A stretch of 64,000 bases of DNA from Sphingobacteriales bacterium (lineage in GTDB: Bacteria; Bacteroidota; Bacteroidia; Chitinophagales; UBA2359): positions 1,346,865 through 1,410,864 of the forward strand of contig CP064999.1 in the NCBI GenBank assembly GCA_016700115.1, in the 5' to 3' direction. Positions 47,444 through 58,026 of this stretch are shown piece by piece. A program made the translations under genes and the position numbers. Position 1 is the stretch's first letter. Each line of letters opens with the position of its first letter. Below the pieces are notes generated by a model. It was not told where the DNA came from. It was given only the letters and a program-made list of their open reading frames with translations, and searched no databases.

Positions 47444-47644
47444 TTGAAAAAAGTTAGGTCTGTAAAATCGTTTTTGCCGGATATTCAGACTATAAATTTA
47501 AAAAACTGATCGCATGGTTTCAAGGTTAATCCGGCAGGTTGTAAGATTTGTGCATGTTTGTTGAAAAAACTTACCCCTTAAAGGTTTGCAAAGATAGCAG
47601 ATAATTGTTGAACCGAGTTACAAAACAGCCTGTAAAATGGGGTT

Positions 47645-48847
47645 TTAGCATTTTTCGTAGATAACGGCGGCACCCTGGCCCACCCCGATACACATAGTCG
47701 CCAAACCATATCGGGCATTTGGCCGCCTTTGAAGTTCATGCAATAGGGTTGCACTAATCCTGGCTCCCGAACATCCGAGGGGATGCCCCAGGGCGATTGC
47801 TCCGCCATTCACATTGACAAGGCCGGGGTTCAGATTCAGGTCGCGCATACAGGCAATGGCTTGCGCTGCGAATGCCTCGTTCAGTTCTATCAGGTCAATA
47901 TCAGATATGGTTAGCCCGGCTCGTTGAAGGGCTTTGTTGGTTGCCGGAACCGGCCCTATGCCCATATATTGGGGATGTACTCCTGCCACAGCCATGCTGA
48001 CAACCCTTGCTAAGGGGGTCAATTGATGTTGTTTGACCATCGCTTCATTCACAATGAGCAACGCAGCAGCACCGTCGTTAATGCCCGATGAGTTGCCTGC
48101 CGTTACCGTTCCGTCTTTGATAAAAGCAGGAGGGAGTTTTGCCAGCTTTTCGGCAGATGTTTGGCGGGGATGTTCATCGGTGGCGATATATGAAGGGGGA
48201 ACTTTCTTGTTTAGCTGTACTTCCACGGGCACTATTTCGGAGGTAAACTTCCCTTCGGCAAAAGCTTTCCAGTATTTTTCCTGAGAAGCTAAGGCAAATT
48301 CGTCTTGTTCCAATCTGCTGATGTTCCATGCCTTGGCCACATTTTCGGCGGTTTCGCCCATTGTATAAGGATGGTACAATCTCGAAAGTTCGGGGTTTAT
48401 AAACCTCCATCCCATCGTGGTGTCGTAAATATGGGCTTGCCTGCTAAAAGGAGTATCGGACTTTGGCATCACAAAAGGCGCGCGGCTCATGCTTTCCGAG
48501 CCTCCTGCAATAAAGGCCAACCCTTCTCCCAATTTGGCTGCTCTTGTTGCATCCATAATTGCCTGCAATCCCGAAGCGCAAAGACGGTTGACCGTAACAC
48601 CGCCGGTTTCTATGGGCAAACCGGCCAAAAGCAGCGCCATTCTGGCCACATTGCGGTTATCTTCGCCCGCCTGATTGGCCGCACCCAAAATCACATCTTC
48701 AATATCTGCCGGTCGTATAGCGGGGTTTCGCTGCAACAGAGCTTTTATCACAGTTGCCGCCAAATCGTCAGGGCGAACACTGCTGAGTACTCCTCCATAA
48801 CTTCCAATCGGAGTGCGCACTGCATCAATCACATAGGCATCGAACAT
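47645..48847 (-). CDS. acetyl-CoA C-acyltransferase (thiolase)
   Basis: [11 protein letters not shown], the [11 protein letters not shown] active-site Cys region and the C-terminal [12 protein letters not shown] are present. The likely start is MFDAYVID (the track ORF extends to 48901). Confidence 0.85.
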   Translation of the reverse strand: MFDAYVIDAVRTPIGSYGGVLSSVRPDDLAATVIKALLQRNPAIRPADIEDVILGAANQAGEDNRNVARMALLLAGLPIETGGVTVNRLCASGLQAIMDATRAAKLGEGLAFIAGGSESMSRAPFVMPKSDTPFSRQAHIYDTTMGWRFINPELSRLYHPYTMGETAENVAKAWNISRLEQDEFALASQEKYWKAFAEGKFTSEIVPVEVQLNKKVPPSYIATDEHPRQTSAEKLAKLPPAFIKDGTVTAGNSSGINDGAAALLIVNEAMVKQHQLTPLARVVSMAVAGVHPQYMGIGPVPATNKALQRAGLTISDIDLIELNEAFAAQAIACMRDLNLNPGLVNVNGGAIALGHPLGCSGARISATLLHELQRRPNARYGLATMCIGVGQGAAVIYEKC

Positions 48848-49287
48848 GGTAAAAGTCCGGTTTGATGGAAATATGTGGCCAAGATACACTGTTTTAGGCA
48901 TTCAGGGGATATGAAGTTTACAGATGGCGGCAAAATGTCATTCTGTTTTTAGCTGTTTTGAGAAAGAACTGAAGGCAAAACTTCAAGATAACAAACCGTT
49001 TTTAGTCTGGCAACAACAACCTGCAAGTCTGCCATACATCGGATTTTTGCACTTTTTACAAGGATTTGAACACTGCCATATAGACTGAAAAAACATGCTT
49101 GCTCAATATGAATGGCCTGTATAAGTAAAAACCATCACTCTTTATTGTTGAAATTCTAAAATGTGATAAGTTGGAACAGGGGTGGGAAAGAAAAATAAAG
49201 TCAGTCCAAAGGCTTACTTTTTATTATTGTTTGTCAGATTATATCCGTACATTTGCCCTCGTTTAGTCAAAGCATAACTTTACTATC

Positions 49288-49746
49288 ATGGGCAAAAAGT
49301 CATTACAGATACAGCAACTTAACAGTAAAATGCGGGCTTATGCAAGCCTGCAAAAGGTAGCCCCACCGCCTACAGGGTGGATAAAAGCTATCCGTACTGC
49401 ACTTGGAATGAGTATGCAGCAGTTGGGCAACCGCCTTTCCATTACCAAACAAAGTGTGCAGGATGTTGAACGCAGAGAAAAAAACGGCTCCATTACCATC
49501 AAATCCCTTCGGGAAGCGGCTAAGGCTTTGGATATGCAGTTGGTATATGGTTTTGTTCCGGTTGATGGCAGTTTGGAAGAACTGATAGACCGCAAGGCAA
49601 AAGAACTGGCAATACAAATTGTTTTGCGTACCAGCAACACTATGAAACTGGAAGACCAGGAAAATACAAAGCAACGCATTGAAAAAGCAATTCGGGAAAT
49701 GGCAACAACCCTTAAAAACGAAATGCCTAAAACTTTATGGGATTAG
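49288..49746 (+). CDS. mobile mystery protein A (XRE-type HTH, Fic-partner/antitoxin-like)
   Basis: HTH ...ALGMSMQQLGNRLSITKQSVQDVE... and a 10-bp overlap with the downstream Fic gene. The pairing matches TIGR02612/TIGR02613. Confidence 0.6.
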   Translation: MGKKSLQIQQLNSKMRAYASLQKVAPPPTGWIKAIRTALGMSMQQLGNRLSITKQSVQDVERREKNGSITIKSLREAAKALDMQLVYGFVPVDGSLEELIDRKAKELAIQIVLRTSNTMKLEDQENTKQRIEKAIREMATTLKNEMPKTLWD

Positions 49747-50333
49747 ATTTAGAGTACATATACGGGCAAACACCGTTGGATGAAGACGAAAAAGAAGGGT
49801 TGCTAATCCCCACCATTGCTACACGCGGCGAGTTGGACGAGTTTGAACAGCAAAATATTGAACAAGCAGTATTGTGGTCACTCAATCGTTCTTTCAAAGC
49901 AGAAAATGTGTTCACCGAAGAATTTTTGGAAGCAGTGCATAAGCGTATGTTTGGCAACTTATGGGCATGGGCAGGCGAGTTTCGCAAAACGAATAAAAAT
50001 ATTGGAGTTGACAAATGGCAAATTCCTGCTGCGCTATGGACATTGCTTGATGATGTAAAGTTTTGGTATGCCAACGGAATTTACAGTCCCGATGAAATTA
50101 CCATACGCTTTAAGCACCGTTTGGTAAGCATACATTGTTTTCCTAACGGCAACGGCAGGCATAGCCGCCTGATGGCTGATATTGTGATTGAGAAGATTTA
50201 CAAACAGCCGCATTATACATGGGGTGCCGGCAATTTGGTTAAGCAGGGCGACCAACGCAGCAATTACCTCAGTGCCATTAAAGCAGCCGACAGCGGAGAC
50301 ATTAAACCATTGATAAATTTTGCAAGGTCTTAA
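49737..50333 (+). CDS. Fic/Doc family protein (mobile mystery protein B)
   Basis: Fic motif HCFPNGNGRHSRL (HxFx[DN]GNGRxxR). Confidence 0.75.
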   Translation: MGLDLEYIYGQTPLDEDEKEGLLIPTIATRGELDEFEQQNIEQAVLWSLNRSFKAENVFTEEFLEAVHKRMFGNLWAWAGEFRKTNKNIGVDKWQIPAALWTLLDDVKFWYANGIYSPDEITIRFKHRLVSIHCFPNGNGRHSRLMADIVIEKIYKQPHYTWGAGNLVKQGDQRSNYLSAIKAADSGDIKPLINFARS

Positions 50334-50644
50334 CTAAAATTCAATTCCATCGGGTTTAGCTCTAAGGAACGCAGTATCACATTTTCGATCAATGCCTTGG
50401 CTGAAGTTGTTTTTTTGTCCATGTTTTTGTCTTCTTTTTTTAATAGGCTCTCCTTTTCTACCCCGGTTAACATCCGCCAACATAACCTCTGTATTTGATT
50501 TTCCATAAAAAGTTTTGTTTGATATTCCTCTTTTTTCACGCTACTTTATGCTTGGATGAATGGGTTACCTCCCGGCATACAGGTATCTATGGCGGTTGGC
50601 ATTTCCGGGCGGGTTTGATCGGTATGAGAGTACAGGGAAGATTT

Positions 50645-51010
50645 TGGTAAATGAAAAGTGAAAAACTAAAAGTGAAAAGTGAAAAACCTGAAGGGTTGAA
50701 TATGAATAGCCATTGTTAACTGTCAATGGTTAATTGTCAATTGTCATTTGCAAAAAACCCTGAAGGGGTTAAATTTGATTAGCCGTATGTGAAACCTACG
50801 GGAATATGTGAAAAGTGAAAAGTGAAAAACCTGAAGGGTTGAATATGAATAGCCATTGTTAATTGTCAATGGTTAATTGTCAATTGTCATTTGCAAAAAA
50901 CCCTGAAGGGGTTAAATTTGATTAGCCGTATGTGAAACCTACGGGAATATGTGAAAAGTGAAAAACCTGAAGGGTTGAATATGAATAGCCATTGTCAATG
51001 GTCATTTGCA
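50645..51010. repeat. ~130-bp tandem repeat, about 2.7 copies, with internal GTGAAAAGTGAAAAAC direct repeats and CCATTGTTAACTGTCAATGG palindrome
   Basis: Units begin near 50672, 50808 and 50943. The last is truncated at the IS256-like left end. It is related to the sequences at 17395..17440, 17746..17840 and 22700..22785. Confidence 0.8.
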
Positions 51011-51019
51011 AAAAACCTT

Positions 51020-52541
51020 GGGGGAATGTTCAAAAAAGTGTGTCAACACAAATTACAGAAATAAAAATTTTAATTATGAAAAAGGACAAGAGAGAAAGTA
51101 GATCAGCTTCCCCATTGGAAGACTTTGATTATCCGTCATTTGAAAAGAAGCGATAAAACGCCTCACGTCTGGGGATCGGTTATTAGGCAAAGAAGGCGTA
51201 TTAACGGGTATGGTACAGCGTTTGGTGAATGCAGCTTTATCAGGCGAGATAGACAACCACATCAAGACCGACCGTTCGCAGGGTGTTAGCAATCGCAGGA
51301 ACGGCTATACTTCGAAGACCTTAAACACGGAGTTAGGGGCAGTGCAGATTTCGCCTCCTCGGGACAGGCGTGGCGAGTTCAGTCCGATTATTGTAGGGAA
51401 ATGGGAGCGTGAGTTGGGTACAGGCTTAGAGCAACAGGTTCTGATGATGTATGCTTATGGGAACAGTTATCGGGATATTCAGCTGCAACTTATGGAGCTA
51501 TACGGTGTAGAGTTTGGGGTATCGTGGATAACAGAGATAACAGACCAGGTACATGTGGAGGTGTCATCGTGGCAGCAGCGCGCCTTATTACCCTTTTATG
51601 TGGTGGTCTATTTAGACGGCATTTATTACACAAGTCGGGAAAGTGGTCGGTCAGCTAAGAGAGCTGTTTATTCGGTCTATGGAATAGACGCAGAGGGAAA
51701 TCGATGTATTGGGCATTTACGTTCGCAATACAGAGGGGGCTTCTGAGTGGGGTCTGATTCTGGAAGACTTAAAAAACGAGGTGTTGAAGATGTGCTATTC
51801 TTTTGTATAGACGGGCTTAGCGGTTTAGATGAGGCCATACTTTCGGTTTTTCCTCAATCCTTCGTCCAACGCTGTATTGTCCATATGCTCCGCAGCAGCA
51901 CTAAATTTGTTGCCAGAAAAGATATTAAGCAAGTCAGTGCAGACCTTAAAAAGATATACAATGCTGCCGGCGAACCCGAAGCGAGAGCAGCCTTAGCAGG
52001 TTTTGAGCAAACCTGGGGAAAGAAATATCCCGGTATCGCAAGGGCTTGGGAACAAGAATGGGCAAATTTAATGGTGTTTATGGATTTCGGAGCAAATATC
52101 CGCCGAATGATTTATACGACTAATCCTGTGGAAGGTTTGCACCGGCAAATACGCAAAGTAACGAAAAGCAAAGGTTCATGGGTAAACGACAAGGCTTTAG
52201 TCAAACAAATTTATCTCATCCTGATATATGGGAGAGGCGGGTGGAAAACTAAAGTTACAAATTGGACCTCAGTATCACACGAATTGCGTACCCGCTTCGA
52301 AGACCGTTTTACAAAGCATGTGGATGTTTAACTAACCGATGAGTAGGAAGTAAAGGAATTGAAAACAGCGTTGTTTCCCACATTCCAACAGCCTTTACTA
52401 CTCAAAAAAAAGAAGGGTTTGAGTAGTAGGCTATTGAAATGTGGAAAACTATATAACTAAAGTACTCTTAAATTTAACATGTTAAATCCACTCTTGATTT
52501 TCAAAAATAATCGCTTTTGACACACTTTTTCGAACATTCCC
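51020..52541 (+). mobile_element. IS256-family insertion sequence, degraded
   Basis: Imperfect terminal IRs GGGAATGTTCAAAAAAGTGTGTCAACA and, inverted at the right end, GGGAATGTTCGAAAAAGTGTGTCAAAAGCG. The internal IS256-type transposase is split over at least 3 frames. Confidence 0.65.
51075..52331 (+). pseudogene. IS256-family (Mutator-like) transposase, frameshifted
   Basis: The segments MKKDKRESRSASPLEDFDYPSFEKKR*, LGKEGVLTGMVQRLVNAALSGE...LRSQYRGGF* and then MGSDSG...FCIDGLSGL...VQRCIVHMLR... are collinear with IS256 transposases but lie in different frames. Confidence 0.65.
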
Positions 52542-52645
52542 AGTTTATTGCGATAAAACCTACTATTTGGAGGTGGGTTCGGGTTAAAAACTTGCAGAGC
52601 GAATAAAAGGAACAGGTAAAACCGGAAACGTAAAATTTCAAGGAT

Positions 52646-52981
52646 ATGAAATTTATCATGAGTACCAATATTGCAGTTCAGACAACCCAACCAAACGAAG
52701 CGGTTGAGTTTTATACCAATGTACTTGGTTTTAAAAACAGAACAGACGAGCCGGATTTTTTCGGAATAGATGCAAACTCTTTGCGGATGTTTATCCAAAA
52801 AGACGAACAGGTTTCGGGTTTGGTCATGGAGTTGTTTGTGGAAGATTTGGAACAAGCAAAGGAATATTTGCTGAATAATGGCTGTAAAATCATACGTTGG
52901 GAAGGGATTGGCAGGGATTGTTATGTGGAAGACCCTTTTGGGTTGAGGTTTAATATTTGGCAGATTAGAAATCAAGGGTAA
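52646..52981 (+). CDS. VOC/glyoxalase-bleomycin resistance family protein
   Basis: 111 aa. The blocks VEFYTNVLGF and the C-terminal EDPFGLRFNIWQ are typical of the betaalpha-betabetabeta glyoxalase fold. Confidence 0.6.
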   Translation: MKFIMSTNIAVQTTQPNEAVEFYTNVLGFKNRTDEPDFFGIDANSLRMFIQKDEQVSGLVMELFVEDLEQAKEYLLNNGCKIIRWEGIGRDCYVEDPFGLRFNIWQIRNQG

Positions 52982-53034
52982 ACATTGCCTGTATTTTTGT
53001 TCAGCATCATGCTGTTCTGTAATTGGTTCATTGC

Positions 53035-53892
53035 TCACTTTCTTTTCTTAATTTTCTCTATCATTTGTTTGACCTCCGAAACCGGCAGATTTACAATCTT
53101 TGATATAAATTCGGGCGACATGTTTTCTTCAAGACATCTTTCTACCACTCCTTCCTTTTCTTCTAACTTACCCTCTGTCTTGCCCTTCTTTTCTGCTGCT
53201 ATCAATCTCCCCCGTTCATCCTGTTCGGCAATCGAAGCGTTGTCATACGCTATCAGTTCCTCTTTCTTCCAACTATGTTTATCCGCATCTTTATACGCTT
53301 CTACCAGACCTTCGTCATCTGTATTCTCCGGAATAACCTCCAGTTTCTCTGCATTCTTGATAAAAAATATCCACTTATCTGTCAGTGTTTCCATTTCATC
53401 TGCCTTTTTATCAAATTTCCTCAACTCGATAAACGTGAACTGAATATCTTTCAATTTGTGTTCATAGGTCTTTTCGTTCAAAATTAAATGGTTGGACAAA
53501 TATTCGGCACTTTCAAAAAAATCAAAGTCCAATATCCCTATAAAATAGGTCGGTTTCAACAGTGGATATTGTTCACCTCGGTCAATTTGCGTCGAATAGT
53601 CTTTGGATGCGTAGTATTGTACCCTTTTGTCGAACCCGTCAACATCAGCCATTTGCATCTCAATCACAAACTGTCTCACTTTTTTATCTTTTGCCCTTAT
53701 AGCTATGACGGATGCATTTTCTCCTGCTACCCTCGGCAAAAGATACGGGTTGATGATCGTTACCTCTTCTATTCTTTGGTCGCCTTCCAATTTCAGAACG
53801 GCATTTAGAAACGAAATCAGAATGTTGGTCTTTTTCTCGTTGCCGAACATCTTTCTGAAGGCTATATCATTTTTGACATCTACAAATTTCAT
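53035..53892 (-). CDS. Rpn-family recombination-promoting nuclease / PD-(D/E)xK putative transposase (YhgA-like)
   Basis: The N-terminus MKFVDVKNDIAFRKMFGNE...ILISFLNAVL and the central IEMQ motif are hallmarks of the TIGR01784 family. Confidence 0.65.
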   Translation of the reverse strand: MKFVDVKNDIAFRKMFGNEKKTNILISFLNAVLKLEGDQRIEEVTIINPYLLPRVAGENASVIAIRAKDKKVRQFVIEMQMADVDGFDKRVQYYASKDYSTQIDRGEQYPLLKPTYFIGILDFDFFESAEYLSNHLILNEKTYEHKLKDIQFTFIELRKFDKKADEMETLTDKWIFFIKNAEKLEVIPENTDDEGLVEAYKDADKHSWKKEELIAYDNASIAEQDERGRLIAAEKKGKTEGKLEEKEGVVERCLEENMSPEFISKIVNLPVSEVKQMIEKIKKRK

Positions 53893-54042
53893 CCTGCATT
53901 TTTAGTTTGAACCCAAATTTGCTGAGTTTTTCCTTTGATTGTTGTCTGATTTTTTCATTTGTTTTTTTTGGGGTGCAAGTTGGCAGAAGCATGTAGTCCA
54001 TAAGGAGTCTTTTCTTAAAGCTATGCCAATTCAATATTCACC

Positions 54043-56226
54043 TTACCGCATTTCCGAAACGCCTATGATGCCTGCATTTTGACGGAACAGGGTAAAATCC
54101 TGAAGATTGATGTTCCCATCTAAATTACAATCGGCCGGGTCATAAACAGGAGGGGTTGTACTGACCTGAACCGCATACTGGTCGTAGTCGTGAACGTTGA
54201 TGATGGCGTTGGCATTGATATCGGCTGCAAATAAAGCATAATCGGAATTGCCCATAAAAACAAGTTGGGAACTGCCCATTTTTACCTGTGCGGGGTTGGT
54301 GAAATCGTGGGGCACAAGATTGGGCAGGTTGACCGGATTGGCACTCATAACCGGCAGATGATTGCGGGTTCGGACAGAAATATAATAAGGGGCGTTTTGG
54401 GTCAGGGTATAAAATACGACTCCATCGGGTTCGTTGTCCAAATCGGCGATCGTTCCGTTTTGGAGCAGCCATGCGGCGCGGCGCTCTATGACCTGATAGG
54501 GGTTGGAAGGATTCCGCACTTCCAGCAAAACCCAATCGGTGGTGTTGGCGGGGATTTCGCTTGCAGAAATGACACTCTCTTCGCCGGCATAGTTCCAGGG
54601 CGGGCGGTTAAAAGGTTGTTGCAAAGGCAACAGATTGTTGGTGCGAAGGGTGTTGTGCATTTGGCCTTCGGTAATATAGGCTCCCTGAAGCAACACCTGA
54701 GCCTGCACCCTGACAGGAGGAATATGGACAGGGCAAACGGTCAGTTCACCGGCCAAAAAACGGGTTTTTGCCGGATTGGTTCCACTGTTGAGGGCGTTGG
54801 GATACCCAATTGTAGGCCAGGTACCGGCAATGTTCCAATATTCAGGAGCCTGAGTCAGGTAATAAGAAATATCATTCACCGTTCCGGTGCCCGAAGGGGT
54901 TGCCGTTCCTTTGATGTTGTTGCCGTGTTGAATATGATTGCTGCCGGTGATGGTATAAAAACCCTGAAGAAGGGCGGTGCTTGTTACTTCGTTGCCCACA
55001 AAATGCTGCATATTCGAGCCTGATGAGGACATATAAATCCCATAGGTGGTAAACCGGTTTCTAAACATGGTATTGTATGGGCCGGATGGACCCCAATAAT
55101 CGTCAATCCAAAACAGTTCACAAATATTACCTTCAAACAAATTGGCAAAAGCATAATGGCCATGCAAAGAAATATCGGCGGCAAAATTGTTGGGGAACTC
55201 GCTTCTGTACCCGTCAAAGGCATAGTTGTAGGCTAACACATTTCCGTTTGCCCCCTGTTTGATGGACATGGCATGGCGCAAATGTTCAAACACGTTGTTT
55301 TCAATCAGACATTGCCCGCTATGATGGTTGAGCATCACCCCATAACCCCGGGTTCCGCTGCCGTCGTAGGTAAAGGCATGGTGAAAATAAGACCCCGATA
55401 CTTCGATATCGGTACTTGCGGTGATAGAAATATGAGCGCCTACACTTTTGTTGCTATGTACCCCTTTTACCCAGCAATTTGCCGAAAAATTAAAACTGAT
55501 ATTGTATCCGGCACCGGTTCCGCTGTCGGCAACCCGCTCTAAGTACAAACATTCAATCCCGATATTGGAAGCAGGAGTGATCGGTCTGATTCGGGGAGCA
55601 AATCCGGCATCATAATCTATCCTCAGCGCATACGCCAAATTCAATACATTCCCTTCTATTCCCGAAATTCTGACGATTTGACCTTTTGAGTTGTCCGCCC
55701 ATGATGCCGGTGCTGTATCCCATGCCGGATTGTTGTCCTGAACCAGTTCGGCATAGCCTCCAACAGTAAAAGAAGCCGCGTTTTCGACAGTAATTGCAAC
55801 AGAGCCTTTGGTATAGCCCGAAGAAATGGCCACAAAACTGCCGGAAGCCGAACCGCCAATGTTGATTCCATTGACCCCTGAACTGGACTGGTCAAATAAA
55901 AGCCTCGAAGTTTGCGCACTTTCACCCCGCAACACCACACCGGAGGGCAAAGAAATGGTTGACAATAAACGGTAATTTCCTGCCGGAAAATAAACCACCC
56001 CCGGCGCACCGGACAAAGAAGCGATGGCAGCGGCAATGGCAGGAGAATCGTTGGTTGTTCCGTTTCCGGTTGCGCCGAGTTCAATCACATTGACTATGGT
56101 TTGCGGATTGGGCAACATAAAATCAAGCCCTGATATGGTCCAGTCCACCTGCCTGTTGATGGGTATGATTTGAGCAAAAACCTGAAATCCCGATAACAAA
56201 ACAAGCAGTATGGATAACTTTTTCAT
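54043..56226 (-). CDS. secreted right-handed beta-helix (pectate-lyase-superfamily) protein with dockerin-like C-terminal repeat
   Basis: Signal peptide MKKLSILLVLLSGFQVFAQ. NDSPAIAAAIASL...VVYFPAGNYRL is the Pectate_lyase_3-type N-cap. The C-terminus DCNLDGNINLQDFTLF resembles a dockerin Ca-binding repeat. Confidence 0.55.
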   Translation of the reverse strand: MKKLSILLVLLSGFQVFAQIIPINRQVDWTISGLDFMLPNPQTIVNVIELGATGNGTTNDSPAIAAAIASLSGAPGVVYFPAGNYRLLSTISLPSGVVLRGESAQTSRLLFDQSSSGVNGINIGGSASGSFVAISSGYTKGSVAITVENAASFTVGGYAELVQDNNPAWDTAPASWADNSKGQIVRISGIEGNVLNLAYALRIDYDAGFAPRIRPITPASNIGIECLYLERVADSGTGAGYNISFNFSANCWVKGVHSNKSVGAHISITASTDIEVSGSYFHHAFTYDGSGTRGYGVMLNHHSGQCLIENNVFEHLRHAMSIKQGANGNVLAYNYAFDGYRSEFPNNFAADISLHGHYAFANLFEGNICELFWIDDYWGPSGPYNTMFRNRFTTYGIYMSSSGSNMQHFVGNEVTSTALLQGFYTITGSNHIQHGNNIKGTATPSGTGTVNDISYYLTQAPEYWNIAGTWPTIGYPNALNSGTNPAKTRFLAGELTVCPVHIPPVRVQAQVLLQGAYITEGQMHNTLRTNNLLPLQQPFNRPPWNYAGEESVISASEIPANTTDWVLLEVRNPSNPYQVIERRAAWLLQNGTIADLDNEPDGVVFYTLTQNAPYYISVRTRNHLPVMSANPVNLPNLVPHDFTNPAQVKMGSSQLVFMGNSDYALFAADINANAIINVHDYDQYAVQVSTTPPVYDPADCNLDGNINLQDFTLFRQNAGIIGVSEMR

Positions 56227-56405
56227 AATGAGTTCGTTTTAATACTAAAATTCCGGAACAATTTTAAGCCAATTATCCGAAATACTAAACAATTATATTT
56301 GTCTGTTTTAACAAATCGCTTTACTTTTACGTACCGGATTAAACTATTATCCAAAAAATACTATCTACTTACCTTGTCTTTATCACTTCTCTCATCCTAA
56401 ACCTT

Positions 56406-57044
56406 TTGTATTTTCTCATGAATCCATCTGTTTCGTTTCGCTCCCTTGTTTTATTGTTAATCGTCAGCAGTTTTGCCCTTGCATTTACAGTTTTGCCCCA
56501 AAACGACTGGGAAATTGCCAAAGAACAAAACGGGATAAAAGTGTTTACCCGAAAAAACAGCGGCGAAATGAAAGAATACAGAGGAGAAACCACCATTTCA
56601 GCCTCTGTAAATGATGTGTTTACCCTGCTCAGCAATTTTGAAAACTACGCTTCCTGGATGCCGAGTTGTATTGAAAACAAAGTGCTCAAACGCATTTCAG
56701 ACACCGAATTATACCAGTACAACGTTACTGATGCCCCTTGGCCGGTAAATGACAGGGACAGTGTGATTAAAACAAAAATTACCAAACAAACAACGGGGGT
56801 CATTTTGATAGAATTAGCCGCAGCTCCCGACTATATACCGGCTAAAAGCGGAAGGGTACGGGTTCCAAGTTTTAAGGGTTATTGGAAACTGACCCCCAAA
56901 GATGCCAAAAGCACCCAAATAGTTTACGAAGGCAAACCCAGTGCCGGAGGAAGTATTCCCGCATGGTTGGCCAATTCTTCGGTCATTGACGTTCCGTTTA
57001 ACACCCTGGCTAAAATGAAATCGCTTTTAAACGGAAAAAATTAA
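56406..57044 (+). CDS. START/SRPBCC lipid-binding domain protein, secreted
   Basis: Signal peptide MNPSVSFRSLVLLLIVSSFALA. The W-rich core ...FENYASWMP... is START-like. Confidence 0.5.
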   Translation: MYFLMNPSVSFRSLVLLLIVSSFALAFTVLPQNDWEIAKEQNGIKVFTRKNSGEMKEYRGETTISASVNDVFTLLSNFENYASWMPSCIENKVLKRISDTELYQYNVTDAPWPVNDRDSVIKTKITKQTTGVILIELAAAPDYIPAKSGRVRVPSFKGYWKLTPKDAKSTQIVYEGKPSAGGSIPAWLANSSVIDVPFNTLAKMKSLLNGKN

Positions 57045-57112
57045 AAGCCCGTCTGCCGTGATTGTTGAAAACGAACCGGTTAGAACAAATCTGACATACA
57101 AAATCAAATATT

Positions 57113-58000
57113 ATGCGAACATCTTTTATTACAACCGGCGAAAAAAGATTAAACCACCGTCTTCCTGCCATGCGGTTATGGCAAAAAGCAAAACGCTACG
57201 GGATATGGAATCCCAACGACCTCGTTTTTGATCAGGACGCAGAAGACTGGAAACATTTGGATGACCTTGAAAAAGATGTGGTGTTGAGGTTGACAACCCT
57301 GTTTCAGGCAGGTGAAGAAGCTGTTACGCTCGATTTGTTACCCCTTATCATGGTCATTGCAAAAGAAGGAAGGTTGGAAGAGGAAATGTTTCTGACCTCG
57401 TTTTTGTGGGAAGAAGCCAAACATGTAGATGGGTTTAACCGCTTTTTTTCCAAAGTTTGTCCCGATGCCGGAGATTTAAGCCGTTATTATACACCGAGTT
57501 ATCATACCATTTTTTCGCAGGAATTGCCGCAGGTGATGAGTGCTTTGCAATATGACAGCTCCCCCATTGCTCAGGCCAGGGCTTCTGTTACCTACAACAT
57601 GATTGTCGAAGGGGTTTTAGCCGAAACAGGTTACCATGCCTACTATTCGGTATTGAAAAACATGAATATTTTTCCGGGGATGCTCGATTTTGTCGGAAAA
57701 CTGAAACAAGATGAATCCCGTCATATTGCCTACGGGGTTTTTCTGCTTTCAAGACTGACGGCCGAACATGGCGAAACGGTATGGAAAGCCATCGAAGACC
57801 GCATGAACGAACTGCTCGAACCGGCCATTGGAGTAATTATGGAAGGCATCGGCGTTTATGAAGTATTGCCTTTTGGCTTAAAATTGGAAATGTTTTTAGA
57901 CTATGCCATGGATCAGTTCCAAAAACGAATGGATCGGATCGAAAAAGCAAAATCACAAACGCTGGAAGAGATTTGTAACATCTCCATTTCGGAACTTTAG
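57113..58000 (+). CDS. R2-like ligand-binding oxidase (ferritin-like di-metal, RNR-R2 relative)
   Basis: The metal-ligand helices are present (FLWEEAKHVDGF and QDESRHIAYG). The length is about 290 aa. Confidence 0.65.
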   Translation: MRTSFITTGEKRLNHRLPAMRLWQKAKRYGIWNPNDLVFDQDAEDWKHLDDLEKDVVLRLTTLFQAGEEAVTLDLLPLIMVIAKEGRLEEEMFLTSFLWEEAKHVDGFNRFFSKVCPDAGDLSRYYTPSYHTIFSQELPQVMSALQYDSSPIAQARASVTYNMIVEGVLAETGYHAYYSVLKNMNIFPGMLDFVGKLKQDESRHIAYGVFLLSRLTAEHGETVWKAIEDRMNELLEPAIGVIMEGIGVYEVLPFGLKLEMFLDYAMDQFQKRMDRIEKAKSQTLEEICNISISEL

Positions 58001-58026
58001 GTCAACATTCTCCCATACAGGAGCTA

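Noticed and set aside
52457-53038. 193-aa minus-strand ORF
   Set aside because: It spans the IS256 right end, intergenic DNA and the antisense of the VOC-family gene 52646..52981. The VOC frame has recognisable family motifs, and this one does not.
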